This document shows, one piece after another, positions 1-8,697 of a stretch of 61,281 nucleotides of DNA. The translations under genes and the position numbers were made by a program. Under the pieces are notes generated by a model, which saw only the letters and a program-made list of their open reading frames with translations, did not search any database and was not told where the DNA came from. Source of the DNA: Halobacteriales archaeon QH_2_65_14 (GTDB lineage Archaea; Halobacteriota; Halobacteria; Halobacteriales; Haloarculaceae); assembly GCA_003021285.1 (NCBI GenBank), contig PXQO01000025.1, positions 5,138 through 66,418 on the forward strand. Direction: 5' to 3'. Position 1 is the stretch's first letter. Each line of letters starts with the position of its first letter.

Positions 1-1202
1 GCCTCGGCGTCTTTTTCTCCCGGCCCTCACTGCTGCTCGTCGGCGGGGTCGGCGTCGGACTGCTCGCCCTCCGCCAGGCGGTCACCCCGTCGGTGCCCGC
101 GTTTGCGGTCTCGCGTTCGCTCTCCGACGACGACCCCGACCCCGGCGACGTCGTCGAGGTCGAGACGACGGTCAGGAACGTCGGCGACGTGACGATGCCC
201 GACTGCCGGTTCGTCGACCTCGTCCCGGACGAGGCGGTCGTCGTCGACGGGTCACCGCGGATCGCGACCGCCCTCAGACCCGACGAGACGTGTACGATCA
301 GCTACGAGACCAGGGTGGGGCGGGGCCAGCACACGTTCGATGGGGTGTACACCATCGTGAGCGACCTCGTGGGGACGAGCGCATACGAGCACGAACTGGA
401 GACCACGCGGACGGTTACGTGTACGCCTACGGCGCAGGCCCTCCAGATGCCGGTGCTCCGCCAGCTAACGACGCCGTACGCCGGCCGCCTGACGACCGAA
501 AAGCCGGGTGAGGGACTTGAGTTTCACTCCACCCGCGAGTATCGTCGGGGCGACGCACTCCGGCGCATCGACTGGAACCAGTACGCCTCGACGGGCGAAC
601 TGGCGACACTGCAGTTCCGCACCGAGCGGTCGGCGTCGGTCGTGCTGATGCCGGACGTCCGCCGGCCGGCCTACGTTCGCGCCGAACGCGAGGACCCCCA
701 CGCCGCCGACCGCGCGGTCGAGGCCGTAAGCCGGTTGTTCGTGACGCTCCTGGACGCGGACCACCGTGCCGGCATCGCCACCCTCGGCCCGGACCTCTGG
801 CTCCCGCCCAGCAGCGGGCTCGAACACCGGAACCGGGTTCTCGACACACTCGGGAGCGAACCGGCGCTGTCGCCGTCGCGACCGGAGCGGTACTACCCCA
901 TCCGGCTCCGGACCCGGCGGCTCCTCCAGCGCCTCTCCGAGCAGTCGCAGGTCATCCTCTGTACGCCGCTGGTCGACGACGGGCCGGAGATAGCCGTCCA
1001 GATGCTCGAATCCGCCGGCCACGACGTCACCGTCATCTCGCCCGACCCGACCGCCAGGCGGACGACCGGCGAGGTCACGGCGGCCCTCGAACGACAGCAG
1101 CGCATCAGCCGCATCCACGAGTTCGGCATCCCCGTCGTCGACTGGCCCCTCGACGAGCAACTCGACGTCGTCATTGCCCGGACTGTCGCCGCGTGGGCCT
1201 AG
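1..1202 (+). CDS. DUF58 domain-containing membrane protein (5' end outside window)
   Basis: Frame open from the window start (LGVFFSRPSLLLVGG...). DUF58 core GLEFHSTREYRRGDALRRIDWN; lies in a MoxR cluster. Confidence 0.85.
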   Translation, partial: LGVFFSRPSLLLVGGVGVGLLALRQAVTPSVPAFAVSRSLSDDDPDPGDVVEVETTVRNVGDVTMPDCRFVDLVPDEAVVVDGSPRIATALRPDETCTISYETRVGRGQHTFDGVYTIVSDLVGTSAYEHELETTRTVTCTPTAQALQMPVLRQLTTPYAGRLTTEKPGEGLEFHSTREYRRGDALRRIDWNQYASTGELATLQFRTERSASVVLMPDVRRPAYVRAEREDPHAADRAVEAVSRLFVTLLDADHRAGIATLGPDLWLPPSSGLEHRNRVLDTLGSEPALSPSRPERYYPIRLRTRRLLQRLSEQSQVILCTPLVDDGPEIAVQMLESAGHDVTVISPDPTARRTTGEVTAALERQQRISRIHEFGIPVVDWPLDEQLDVVIARTVAAWA

Positions 1203-1378
1203 GGCCGGGAAGCCGACGGGAGGCCGAAACCGAGAGTGTTCGGCGACCCCCTCGGAAACCGGCCACAACAGTCGAACAGAACGTCCAACCGAGGGAAAAC
1301 GGTGACGTCGGAGTTCCAATCGAGAAACAAAACGGTGTCGTTTTACATCATGGTAGACAATCGGTAACCACTCAACCG

Positions 1379-2362
1379 ATGAGGAAGGCCCTGGTCCCCA
1401 TCGTTGTCGCCCTGCTGAGTATCCTCGCCCTCGGTCTGGTGGCCGCGACACTCCCGTCCATGTCCGGGGCGGACGGCGAGGGGTTCTCCCCGCCGGGGGA
1501 GTCCGACTCCCAGTCCGACGGGGCGGGCGGATCGAACCCCGAAGCAGGGGAGTCCGTCGACCAGCGTCAGCCACTCCTGCAGGAGGATAACTCGGAATGT
1601 GTCGGCGGATTCGACTCCACCGACGTGACGTGGATGATACTGATACTGTCGGTGAGTCTCTCCTTTCTCGTCTTTCTGAGGACCCGCAGTTTCCTCCCGA
1701 TGGTCGTCGCCTTCACCATCCTGTTCCTCTCGCTTACGTTCCTGTCGGTCATCGTCTTCGGGATGCTTGGCTGTGACTGGGTGCCGCCGGGAGCGCCACT
1801 CGGCGGGGGAGAGGGCGGCGGTGGAGGGGTTCCGGCGGGTGACGGGAATGTAAGCGAAGGGCAGGGTGACGTCGAGGAGGAGCCGGCGTCGCTCCCCACG
1901 CGGCTGAAGCTCCTCGGCGTCCTGTCGATTCTCGTCGTGCTGTCCGCCGTGCTCGGGCTGTACATCTACCGGCGCAGGAAAGACGACAGCGCTCCCCCGA
2001 AGCCCGGTCGCGTGCCCGACGAGTTACAGGGGGAAATCGGAGCGGCGGCGGGGGACGCCGCGGACGAACTCGAAGAGGACGCCGAACTGGAAAACGCCGT
2101 CTACGAGGCGTGGGCCGAGATGGCCTCGACGCTCTCGGTCGACGACCCGGAGACGAGCACGCCGGCGGAGTTCGCACGGGCCGCACGGGCCGCGGGAATC
2201 CGTCAGGCGGACGTGGACGAACTCACCGCGCTGTTCGAGGAAGTCAGGTACGGCACCGCCGAGGTCACTCCCCGGCGCGAGCAACGGGCGATAGACGCGC
2301 TCCGACGGATAGAACGACACTACGCCGACGAATCTGGCGGCCAATCGGAGGGGGCACTGTAG
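1379..2362 (+). CDS. DUF4129 domain-containing membrane protein
   Basis: ATG 1379 (MRKALVPIV). Several TM segments; C-terminal TSTPAEFARAA...LTALFEEVRYG motif. Confidence 0.8.
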   Translation: MRKALVPIVVALLSILALGLVAATLPSMSGADGEGFSPPGESDSQSDGAGGSNPEAGESVDQRQPLLQEDNSECVGGFDSTDVTWMILILSVSLSFLVFLRTRSFLPMVVAFTILFLSLTFLSVIVFGMLGCDWVPPGAPLGGGEGGGGGVPAGDGNVSEGQGDVEEEPASLPTRLKLLGVLSILVVLSAVLGLYIYRRRKDDSAPPKPGRVPDELQGEIGAAAGDAADELEEDAELENAVYEAWAEMASTLSVDDPETSTPAEFARAARAAGIRQADVDELTALFEEVRYGTAEVTPRREQRAIDALRRIERHYADESGGQSEGAL

Positions 2363-2363
2363 C

Positions 2364-3068
2364 ATGGTCTCGTCCCGAACGATTGCGGGCGTGCTCGCGT
2401 TCTGTCTGGGACTCGCGTTGTTGCTCGTCCCGGGTGCGGGCGAATCCATCGCGCTCCGGGTCTCGTTCGTCCAGGCGCTCGGTCTCGTTTTGGTGGGTGC
2501 CGGCTTCGTCCAGACGCTGACAGCGACCCTGGCCGAGCGGTCGTTCGCCGTCCTCTCGGTCCCCGAAACGCGGGCGGACCTGCCGACCCCCGGCGCCTGG
2601 TTCGGCGAGCAGGTGGCGGTGCTCTCCTCGGAACCGGAGCGGCCGGCCGAGCGCAAGGAGTGGAGTGAGACCCGCGACGCGTTGCGCGAACGGCTGGTCT
2701 CGGTCGCAGTCGCGACGGTCCAGGAGCAGTACGGCTTCGAGGAATCCGAGGCCCGGCGGATCGTCGAGTCGGGTCGCTGGACCGACGACCCCCACGCGAC
2801 CGCCTACTTCACCGGGGAGTACCCCGAGTCGCCCCCGCTCCGGGAGCGACTTCGGACGGGCACCCCATTCGGTGGCCCGGCCGTCGGGAGACAGGCCCAG
2901 CACGTCGCTACGGCACTCGGTGCGCTGGTGACGGACGAGGCCGACCGGCCCTCGCGCAACGAACTACTGGCGGCCATCGGTGAGAGACCGGACCCGCCCT
3001 CGGCCGACGAGTCCGGTCGGGTGGACGAGACACACACTGACGAGGAGTTCGAGGTGGAACAGTCATGA
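2364..3068 (+). CDS. hypothetical membrane protein of the DUF58/MoxR cluster
   Basis: Two N-terminal TM helices and a GRWTDDP motif; tightly coupled to both neighbours. Confidence 0.75.
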   Translation: MVSSRTIAGVLAFCLGLALLLVPGAGESIALRVSFVQALGLVLVGAGFVQTLTATLAERSFAVLSVPETRADLPTPGAWFGEQVAVLSSEPERPAERKEWSETRDALRERLVSVAVATVQEQYGFEESEARRIVESGRWTDDPHATAYFTGEYPESPPLRERLRTGTPFGGPAVGRQAQHVATALGALVTDEADRPSRNELLAAIGERPDPPSADESGRVDETHTDEEFEVEQS

Positions 3069-4450
3069 GCACGACACTCGACGCCGGGGACGCCTCCCGC
3101 GACCGCAGTGACGGGACTCACTCTTCCGGGAACGACGACGCGGTCCCGGGAGACACCGAAAAGGAGCCAGTCCCATCGAGCCGTATCGCGCGACACAGTA
3201 CCGACCACTGGCAGGTCATGACCGGCGTCGCCCTGCTGGCCGCGGGGGTCGGCGTACTTTCCATCCGGCCCGCGCTGGTACTGGTCGCTGTCGTCTGCGT
3301 GGGTCCGGCGACGATCCGGCGCGTGACGACGACGCCGGAACCGAAGCTGGCCGTCCGGCGGTCGGTCTCCGACGACGACCCCGACCCCGGCGACGTCGTC
3401 GAGGTCGAGACGACGGTCAGGAACGTCGGCGAGGAGACGCTGCCCGACTGCCGGTTCGTCGACCTCGCGCCGGGGGAACTCCGCGCCGTCGACGGCTCGC
3501 TCCGGACGGCGACCGCACTCCGGCCCGGGGACAGCTGTACGCTGACCTACCGGGTCGAAGCGACGCGGGGCCACCAGCGGTTCGAGGGCGTCGAGGTCGT
3601 CGTCGGGGACGTCGCAGGGACGACCGAACACGAGTACCTGCTCGACGCGCCCCTGACGATCACCTGCAGACCCTCGCCGGAGCCCCTGGAGACGCTCCTC
3701 CTTCGGGGACTCACGACCCCGTATGCGGGCAGGCTGTCGACCGAAAAACCCGGCGAGGGGCTGGAGTTCCACTCCGTTCGGGAATACCGGTACGGCGACG
3801 CACTCCGGCGCATCGACTGGAACCAGTACGCCTCGACGGGCGAACTGGCGACGCTGCAGTTCCGGACCGAGCGGTCCGCGTCGGTCGTGCTCGTCGCCGA
3901 CGTCCGGGGGACGGCGTACGTCCGTGCCAGCCAGGAGCACCCGAACGCCGCCGACCGTGGCGTCGAGGCAGTCCGCCGACTGCTGGTGACGCTGCTCGAC
4001 GAGGACCACCGCGTCGGCATTACGACGTTCGGTCCCGACTACTGGCTCGCGCCCGACGCCGGCTCCGAACACCGCGACCGCGCACTCGACGCGCTCGGGA
4101 GCGAACCGGCACTCTCCCCGTCACCCCCCGACGAGGATCACCCCATTCGGCTTCGAACGCTCCAGCTCCTGCAACGGACGGACGGGCCGACGCAGGTCGT
4201 CATCTGCACGCCGCTGGTCGACGACAGCATCGAGATGCCGATCCGGATGCTGGAGTCAGCCGGGTACGAGGTTGCGGTGGTCTCGCCGGACCCGACTGCG
4301 ATGGACGCGCCGGGGGACGTCCTGAGTGCGCTCGAACGTCGCCAGCGGATCAGGCGCATCCACGAGTACGGCGTGCCGGTCATCGACTGGCCGCTCGGGG
4401 AACGGCTCGACGTCGCCCTCGCGAGAACCGTCGAGAGGTGGTCGGCATGA
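3065..4450 (+). CDS. DUF58 domain-containing protein (second paralogue)
   Basis: GLEFHSVREYRYGDALRRIDWN; clearly homologous to 1..1202; ATGA overlap with the upstream gene. Confidence 0.85.
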   Translation: MSTTLDAGDASRDRSDGTHSSGNDDAVPGDTEKEPVPSSRIARHSTDHWQVMTGVALLAAGVGVLSIRPALVLVAVVCVGPATIRRVTTTPEPKLAVRRSVSDDDPDPGDVVEVETTVRNVGEETLPDCRFVDLAPGELRAVDGSLRTATALRPGDSCTLTYRVEATRGHQRFEGVEVVVGDVAGTTEHEYLLDAPLTITCRPSPEPLETLLLRGLTTPYAGRLSTEKPGEGLEFHSVREYRYGDALRRIDWNQYASTGELATLQFRTERSASVVLVADVRGTAYVRASQEHPNAADRGVEAVRRLLVTLLDEDHRVGITTFGPDYWLAPDAGSEHRDRALDALGSEPALSPSPPDEDHPIRLRTLQLLQRTDGPTQVVICTPLVDDSIEMPIRMLESAGYEVAVVSPDPTAMDAPGDVLSALERRQRIRRIHEYGVPVIDWPLGERLDVALARTVERWSA

Positions 4451-5088
4451 GTACCCCACAGCCCGGGGACCAGGTGACGTCGAACGCGACCGGGACGGAC
4501 ACGGAGGAACCTACGGACGGCGACGTGGCCACTGACCAGCCTGCGGATGGGGGGCGCTTCGCCGGGGCGGGTCCTGATGGCGTCGGCGCACCGGAGTACA
4601 GTCCGACCTCCGTCGGGGCCGCCGTCTCCGTCCTGTCGGCACTGCTGGTCACGGTGGTCCTCGCGTCGGTCTCGCTGACCGGCTCCGCGAGCGCCGGGCT
4701 CGGAACCTGGACCATCGTCGTGGCACTGCTCCGCGGTCACAGGAAGCTCGTCACGGTCGGGTCGAGCCTCGCGTTCGGCGGCCTCCTGCTGGCTGGATTG
4801 GCCGATGCACCGACACCGCCCCTGCTCGTCGGCGCAATCTGTACCCTCGTCGCCTACGACGCCGGCCACTACTCGGTGCGCCTGGGGACCCAGCTCGGAC
4901 CGGCGGCGTCCACGGCACGGGCCGAATACGTCCACATCGGCGTGACGGCCGTCGTCACGACGGTGACGGCCCTGGCGGGCTATCTCGTGTTCCGCCTCGG
5001 GACCGGCGGCCAGCCGGCTATCGCCGTCGTCGCGCTGTTGCTCGCCGTCCTCCTGCTCGTCTCGGCGCTGTATCTCACCGGCGAGTAG
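4447..5088 (+). CDS. hypothetical polytopic membrane protein
   Basis: ATGA overlap at 4447-4450; about 6 hydrophobic segments. Confidence 0.75.
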   Translation: MSTPQPGDQVTSNATGTDTEEPTDGDVATDQPADGGRFAGAGPDGVGAPEYSPTSVGAAVSVLSALLVTVVLASVSLTGSASAGLGTWTIVVALLRGHRKLVTVGSSLAFGGLLLAGLADAPTPPLLVGAICTLVAYDAGHYSVRLGTQLGPAASTARAEYVHIGVTAVVTTVTALAGYLVFRLGTGGQPAIAVVALLLAVLLLVSALYLTGE

Positions 5089-5106
5089 CTCCCGGACCGG
5101 CGAACG

Positions 5107-6066
5107 TCAGGCGTCGAGTTCGACCGTCGGGACGGGAATCTCGTCGATGGCCTCCCGGACGATGCTCACCTTGTCGATACCCTCGATGGCGGCCTCGGGT
5201 TTGAGGACGATGCGGTGTGCGAGCACCGGTTCGACCACCTGCTTGACGTCGTCCGGGGTGACGAACGTGCGGTCGTTGAGGACCGCTCGCGCCCGCGCTG
5301 ACTCGAAGAGTTTCTGGATGCCCCGCGGGGAGACGCCGACGTCGACGCGGGGATGGGTCCGTGTCTCCCGGCCGATGCGCGCGATGTACCGGAGCACGTC
5401 GTCGTCGGCGTGGACAGTTTCGGCGACCTGCCTGAGTTCCCGGACCGACTCCACGTCGAGCACGCCGCCGACCGTCGGCGTCTGGACGTCCCTGTCCAAC
5501 CGCCGCTTGAGCAGTTCGAACTCGCCGTCCTCGCCGGGATAGCCGATAGACGTTTTGATCTGGAAGCGGTCGACCTGCGCTTCCGGGAGTTCGAAGGTCC
5601 CCTCCTGCTCGACCGGGTTCTGGGTCGCGATGACGAAAAACGGCTCCGGGAGAGGATGGGTGTCGCCGTCGACGGTGACCTGACGCTCCTGCATGGCTTC
5701 CAGCAGTGCGGCCTGGGTCTTGGGCGGCGCGCGGTTGATCTCGTCTGCGAGTACCACGTTCGCGAAGATGGGTCCCTCGTTGAACTCGAAGGTCTTGTCG
5801 CGCTCGTTGAACACGTGGGTGCCTGTGACGTCGGCGGGCAACAGGTCCGGGGTGAACTGGATGCGCGAGAACTCCAGGCCGAGCGCCGTGGCGAGCGACC
5901 CCGCCGTCAGCGTCTTGCCCGTTCCCGGCACGTCTTCCAGCAACACGTGGCCCCGCGAGAGGACGCCGACCATCACCGTCTCCATGAACTCCCTGTCCGC
6001 GACGACCGCACCGAGAATCTCGTCGATGACCGCCTGGCTCCGCTCGCTTGCTTCCGTAATGTCCAT
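5107..6066 (-). CDS. moxR: MoxR-family AAA+ ATPase
   Basis: HVLLEDVPGTGKT (Walker A), RIQFTPDLLPAD, VLADEINRAPPKTQAALLEAM. Confidence 0.92.
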   Translation of the reverse strand: MDITEASERSQAVIDEILGAVVADREFMETVMVGVLSRGHVLLEDVPGTGKTLTAGSLATALGLEFSRIQFTPDLLPADVTGTHVFNERDKTFEFNEGPIFANVVLADEINRAPPKTQAALLEAMQERQVTVDGDTHPLPEPFFVIATQNPVEQEGTFELPEAQVDRFQIKTSIGYPGEDGEFELLKRRLDRDVQTPTVGGVLDVESVRELRQVAETVHADDDVLRYIARIGRETRTHPRVDVGVSPRGIQKLFESARARAVLNDRTFVTPDDVKQVVEPVLAHRIVLKPEAAIEGIDKVSIVREAIDEIPVPTVELDA

Positions 6067-6204
6067 ACGCACAGACAGATGCCGGTGAGGTTTACGTTTT
6101 CGTTTCCCTCTCCGGTTCGAGGAGTGTCTCGGGTTCACCTCGGAGGACTCCGGTTCTGTTCCGCCGCGCTAGTGACGCTGTTTGATTCGACGCGTGACGG
6201 ACCA

Positions 6205-6999
6205 CTAGCCACTGGCGTACGCGCGGGTCACGTCGACCAGCGCCTTGCGATATTCGCTCTCGTCGGGGTCGCGGTCGAGCGACCGGAACGTCTCCTTGAA
6301 CTGCTCCAGGTCGATCTCCGGTGCGTCGGCCGCGGCCGCGTGCGCGAGGTCGTACAGCCTGTGGCCGTCCCCGATGAGGTCGTGGCGCTCGACGAGTCCC
6401 AGCGCGAACGCGGCGTTGACCGCGGTTATCTCGGGGTCGGCGGCGGGCGTCAGCCGCTTCCAGGTCGGGAGCCGGCCCGTGGGCGACTCCCGAGTACGGC
6501 CCCGCACGTCTCGACCGGAGGCGGGCGGGTCGTGCGGGCGGTCGGCGACTGCCCCGGCGAGACTCGACTCCAGGAACGCGACGAGTTTGTCCGCCGGCGC
6601 GACGTCGAGCCACAGGTCGTCGGCGTAGATGTCCTTCATGTGGTTGGCGATCTGATAGCAGTGGGTCAGCTTTCGCTGTTCGACTGTCCGCCCGGCGAGT
6701 CCCAGAAAGATGGCCTCCTTGGTCGACTGGGTGTGGGAGGGGTGTTCCTGCTCGTAGTGGTGCATGTGGGCGAACTCGTGGAGGGCGAGTTCGCGCGCCA
6801 TCGCGCTCGTCGCCGCCTGCCGCGAGATGGTCAGCCAGTGGCGGTCGTCGGTGTGCCCCACGCGCGTTCGCTCGTCCGGGTCGTCGACGATACGGACTGT
6901 CACCGGTCGGGCCAGCGTTCGCTCGGTGGCGAAGATGTCCCGCGCCCCGAGAAACGGTTGCGCTGGGCCGACACCGCGGACCTCGACGTCCATGTACAC
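6205..6999 (-). CDS. conserved haloarchaeal protein (DUF5781-like) with an HExxH zinc-peptidase motif
   Basis: LHEFAHMHH motif; acidic composition; this family usually lies near fusA in haloarchaea. Confidence 0.7.
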   Translation of the reverse strand: MYMDVEVRGVGPAQPFLGARDIFATERTLARPVTVRIVDDPDERTRVGHTDDRHWLTISRQAATSAMARELALHEFAHMHHYEQEHPSHTQSTKEAIFLGLAGRTVEQRKLTHCYQIANHMKDIYADDLWLDVAPADKLVAFLESSLAGAVADRPHDPPASGRDVRGRTRESPTGRLPTWKRLTPAADPEITAVNAAFALGLVERHDLIGDGHRLYDLAHAAAADAPEIDLEQFKETFRSLDRDPDESEYRKALVDVTRAYASG

Positions 7000-7043
7000 T
7001 ACTATCGGGGATTGAACAGTATTACTCTTGCGGGGACCGGGAG

Positions 7044-7174
7044 GGCACCGTTAACTTAGGAAGCGACGACAACGGCGAATGAGCAGCTACCGACATCAAT
7101 CCGAGCACCCGCATGGAAGCACTCTCTCCGGGGACTTGTTCGCCCATCAGCACGGTCGCTAAGTTAACACTGCC
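7044..7174. mobile_element. 131-bp MITE-like element with 16-bp imperfect terminal inverted repeats
   Basis: Left end GGCACCGTTAACTTAG (7044-7059); right end reads GGCAGTGTTAACTTAG on the minus strand (7159-7174), 14/16 match. 59 bp of the right end recur at 33394-33452. Confidence 0.7.
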
Positions 7175-7197
7175 GTAAAGAGTCACAACAACCGCTA

Positions 7198-8697
7198 TCA
7201 GGCTTCGATAGTCTGCGAGACCCAGCCGGTGGCACCGCTGGGTTTCGAACTCGACCGCTCTTCGGTCTGGAGATTCCCCTCGCCGTCGACGGCGCGGACG
7301 ACGACCTCGTGACTCCCGTCGGGTTCGAAGACGTAGCGCCACTGCCGCCAGACGTCGTCGCCGGGGAGCGGGTCGGAGAGTTCGGCGTCGTTCCAGGAGT
7401 CACCGCCGTCGGTGGACACCTCGACGCGCTCGATGCCGCGCGTTCCGGCGTAGGCGTGGCCGGCGACCTCGATCCGCCCGTCGTCGAGTACGGTGTCGTC
7501 CCAGAGTTTGGCGACCGTGTTGACCGGCCCGGTTCCCTGCCAGCCGCGCTCTTCCCAGTAGCCGTCGACCTCCTCGTCGAGGAGTTCTATCTCGTTGAGC
7601 CACTTGACGTTGGTCTCGCCCCAGTGGCCCGGGACGAGGACCCGGACGGGGTGACCGTGGGACTGGGGCAACGGCTCACCGTTCATGCCCCACGCGATGA
7701 ACCCGTCTTCGAGGGCTTCGACCGGGAACTGCACGTAGTAGCCGTCTTCCCCGCGGAGCATCACACAGCCACACTCCCCGTCGGGATCGACCTCTTCGAG
7801 GAGCGGACCGATGGGCGTCCCGGTCCAGATGGCGTTGTCCATCTTGCGCTCGTTGCGGTCCTCGCCGACACAGCGAAGCGTCGTGAACCTGTTTTCGACG
7901 GGTCGCTCGGTCAACTCCTCGAAGGTGATGGTCGTGTCCGTCCCCACCTCGCCGGTGATGGTCAGCGACCACTCGTCGGCCGGGACCTCCGGTTCGAACT
8001 CCGCGATGTCGACGTTGTAGAACTCACCGATGGGACTCACCAGCCCCGGCACGTCCTCGCCGGCGATGTCGAGTTCCGCACGCTCGGCCTCCGCCAGGAG
8101 TTCCTCGGCACTGTAGCTCACCTCGTCGCCTTGCTCGCCTTCGGTTCCCGGCACTGTATCACCGATCTCCACGGAACTCCGGGAGAACGTCTTGCCAGCG
8201 CCCAGCGCCAGCCCAGTGAAGCCGATGGCAGTGGCGCTGGCACCCAGGACGCGCCGCCGCGAGGCGTCGGGCTCCGCGATACTCGGTGTGCTCCCGGCAG
8301 CCGCGAACACGGTCGCCGGTACCGCGGCCCCGATTGCGAGTACCGGTTCGCCGGTGATCCCGACGGTGAGCGCCCAGCTCGCGAGCCCGACGAGTCCGAT
8401 CCCCACGAACGGCCGGTCCAGCCGACGAGCGACGAGAATCCCACCCAGTGCGGTCGCACCCAGCAGACCGATGGCGATGGCTATCGACAGTGCGATGTGC
8501 AGGTAGTGGCCTTCGTCACCGATGTTCTGGATCACCCACGAGACGATGACCCCCGGCGTCGCCCTGACGACCAGGTCGTCTATGGGCGCGACGACGAACG
8601 ACCGGGTGTAGCCGGCCACCGCGTACGAACCGGCGACACCCGTGATCCCCGCGAACGCTGCGAACACAGCCTCCTTGCGGGAGGGGTACTCGATCAT
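7198..8697 (-). CDS. membrane-anchored sulfite-oxidase-family molybdopterin oxidoreductase
   Basis: TLRCVG (Mo-ligating Cys), MNGEPLPQSHGHPVRVLVPGHWGETNVKWL, GYWEERGW, VEVSTDGG dimerisation domain; N-terminal TM helices. Confidence 0.9.
   Translation of the reverse strand: MIEYPSRKEAVFAAFAGITGVAGSYAVAGYTRSFVVAPIDDLVVRATPGVIVSWVIQNIGDEGHYLHIALSIAIAIGLLGATALGGILVARRLDRPFVGIGLVGLASWALTVGITGEPVLAIGAAVPATVFAAAGSTPSIAEPDASRRRVLGASATAIGFTGLALGAGKTFSRSSVEIGDTVPGTEGEQGDEVSYSAEELLAEAERAELDIAGEDVPGLVSPIGEFYNVDIAEFEPEVPADEWSLTITGEVGTDTTITFEELTERPVENRFTTLRCVGEDRNERKMDNAIWTGTPIGPLLEEVDPDGECGCVMLRGEDGYYVQFPVEALEDGFIAWGMNGEPLPQSHGHPVRVLVPGHWGETNVKWLNEIELLDEEVDGYWEERGWQGTGPVNTVAKLWDDTVLDDGRIEVAGHAYAGTRGIERVEVSTDGGDSWNDAELSDPLPGDDVWRQWRYVFEPDGSHEVVVRAVDGEGNLQTEERSSSKPSGATGWVSQTIEA

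Noticed and set aside
5353-7059. Long antisense or alternate-frame ORFs (here and at e.g. 7309-8817, 10583-12406, 39856-41694, 49086-50708)
   Set aside because: Typical shadows of GC-rich genes; Arg/Val/Gly-rich with no motifs, and overlapping well-supported genes.
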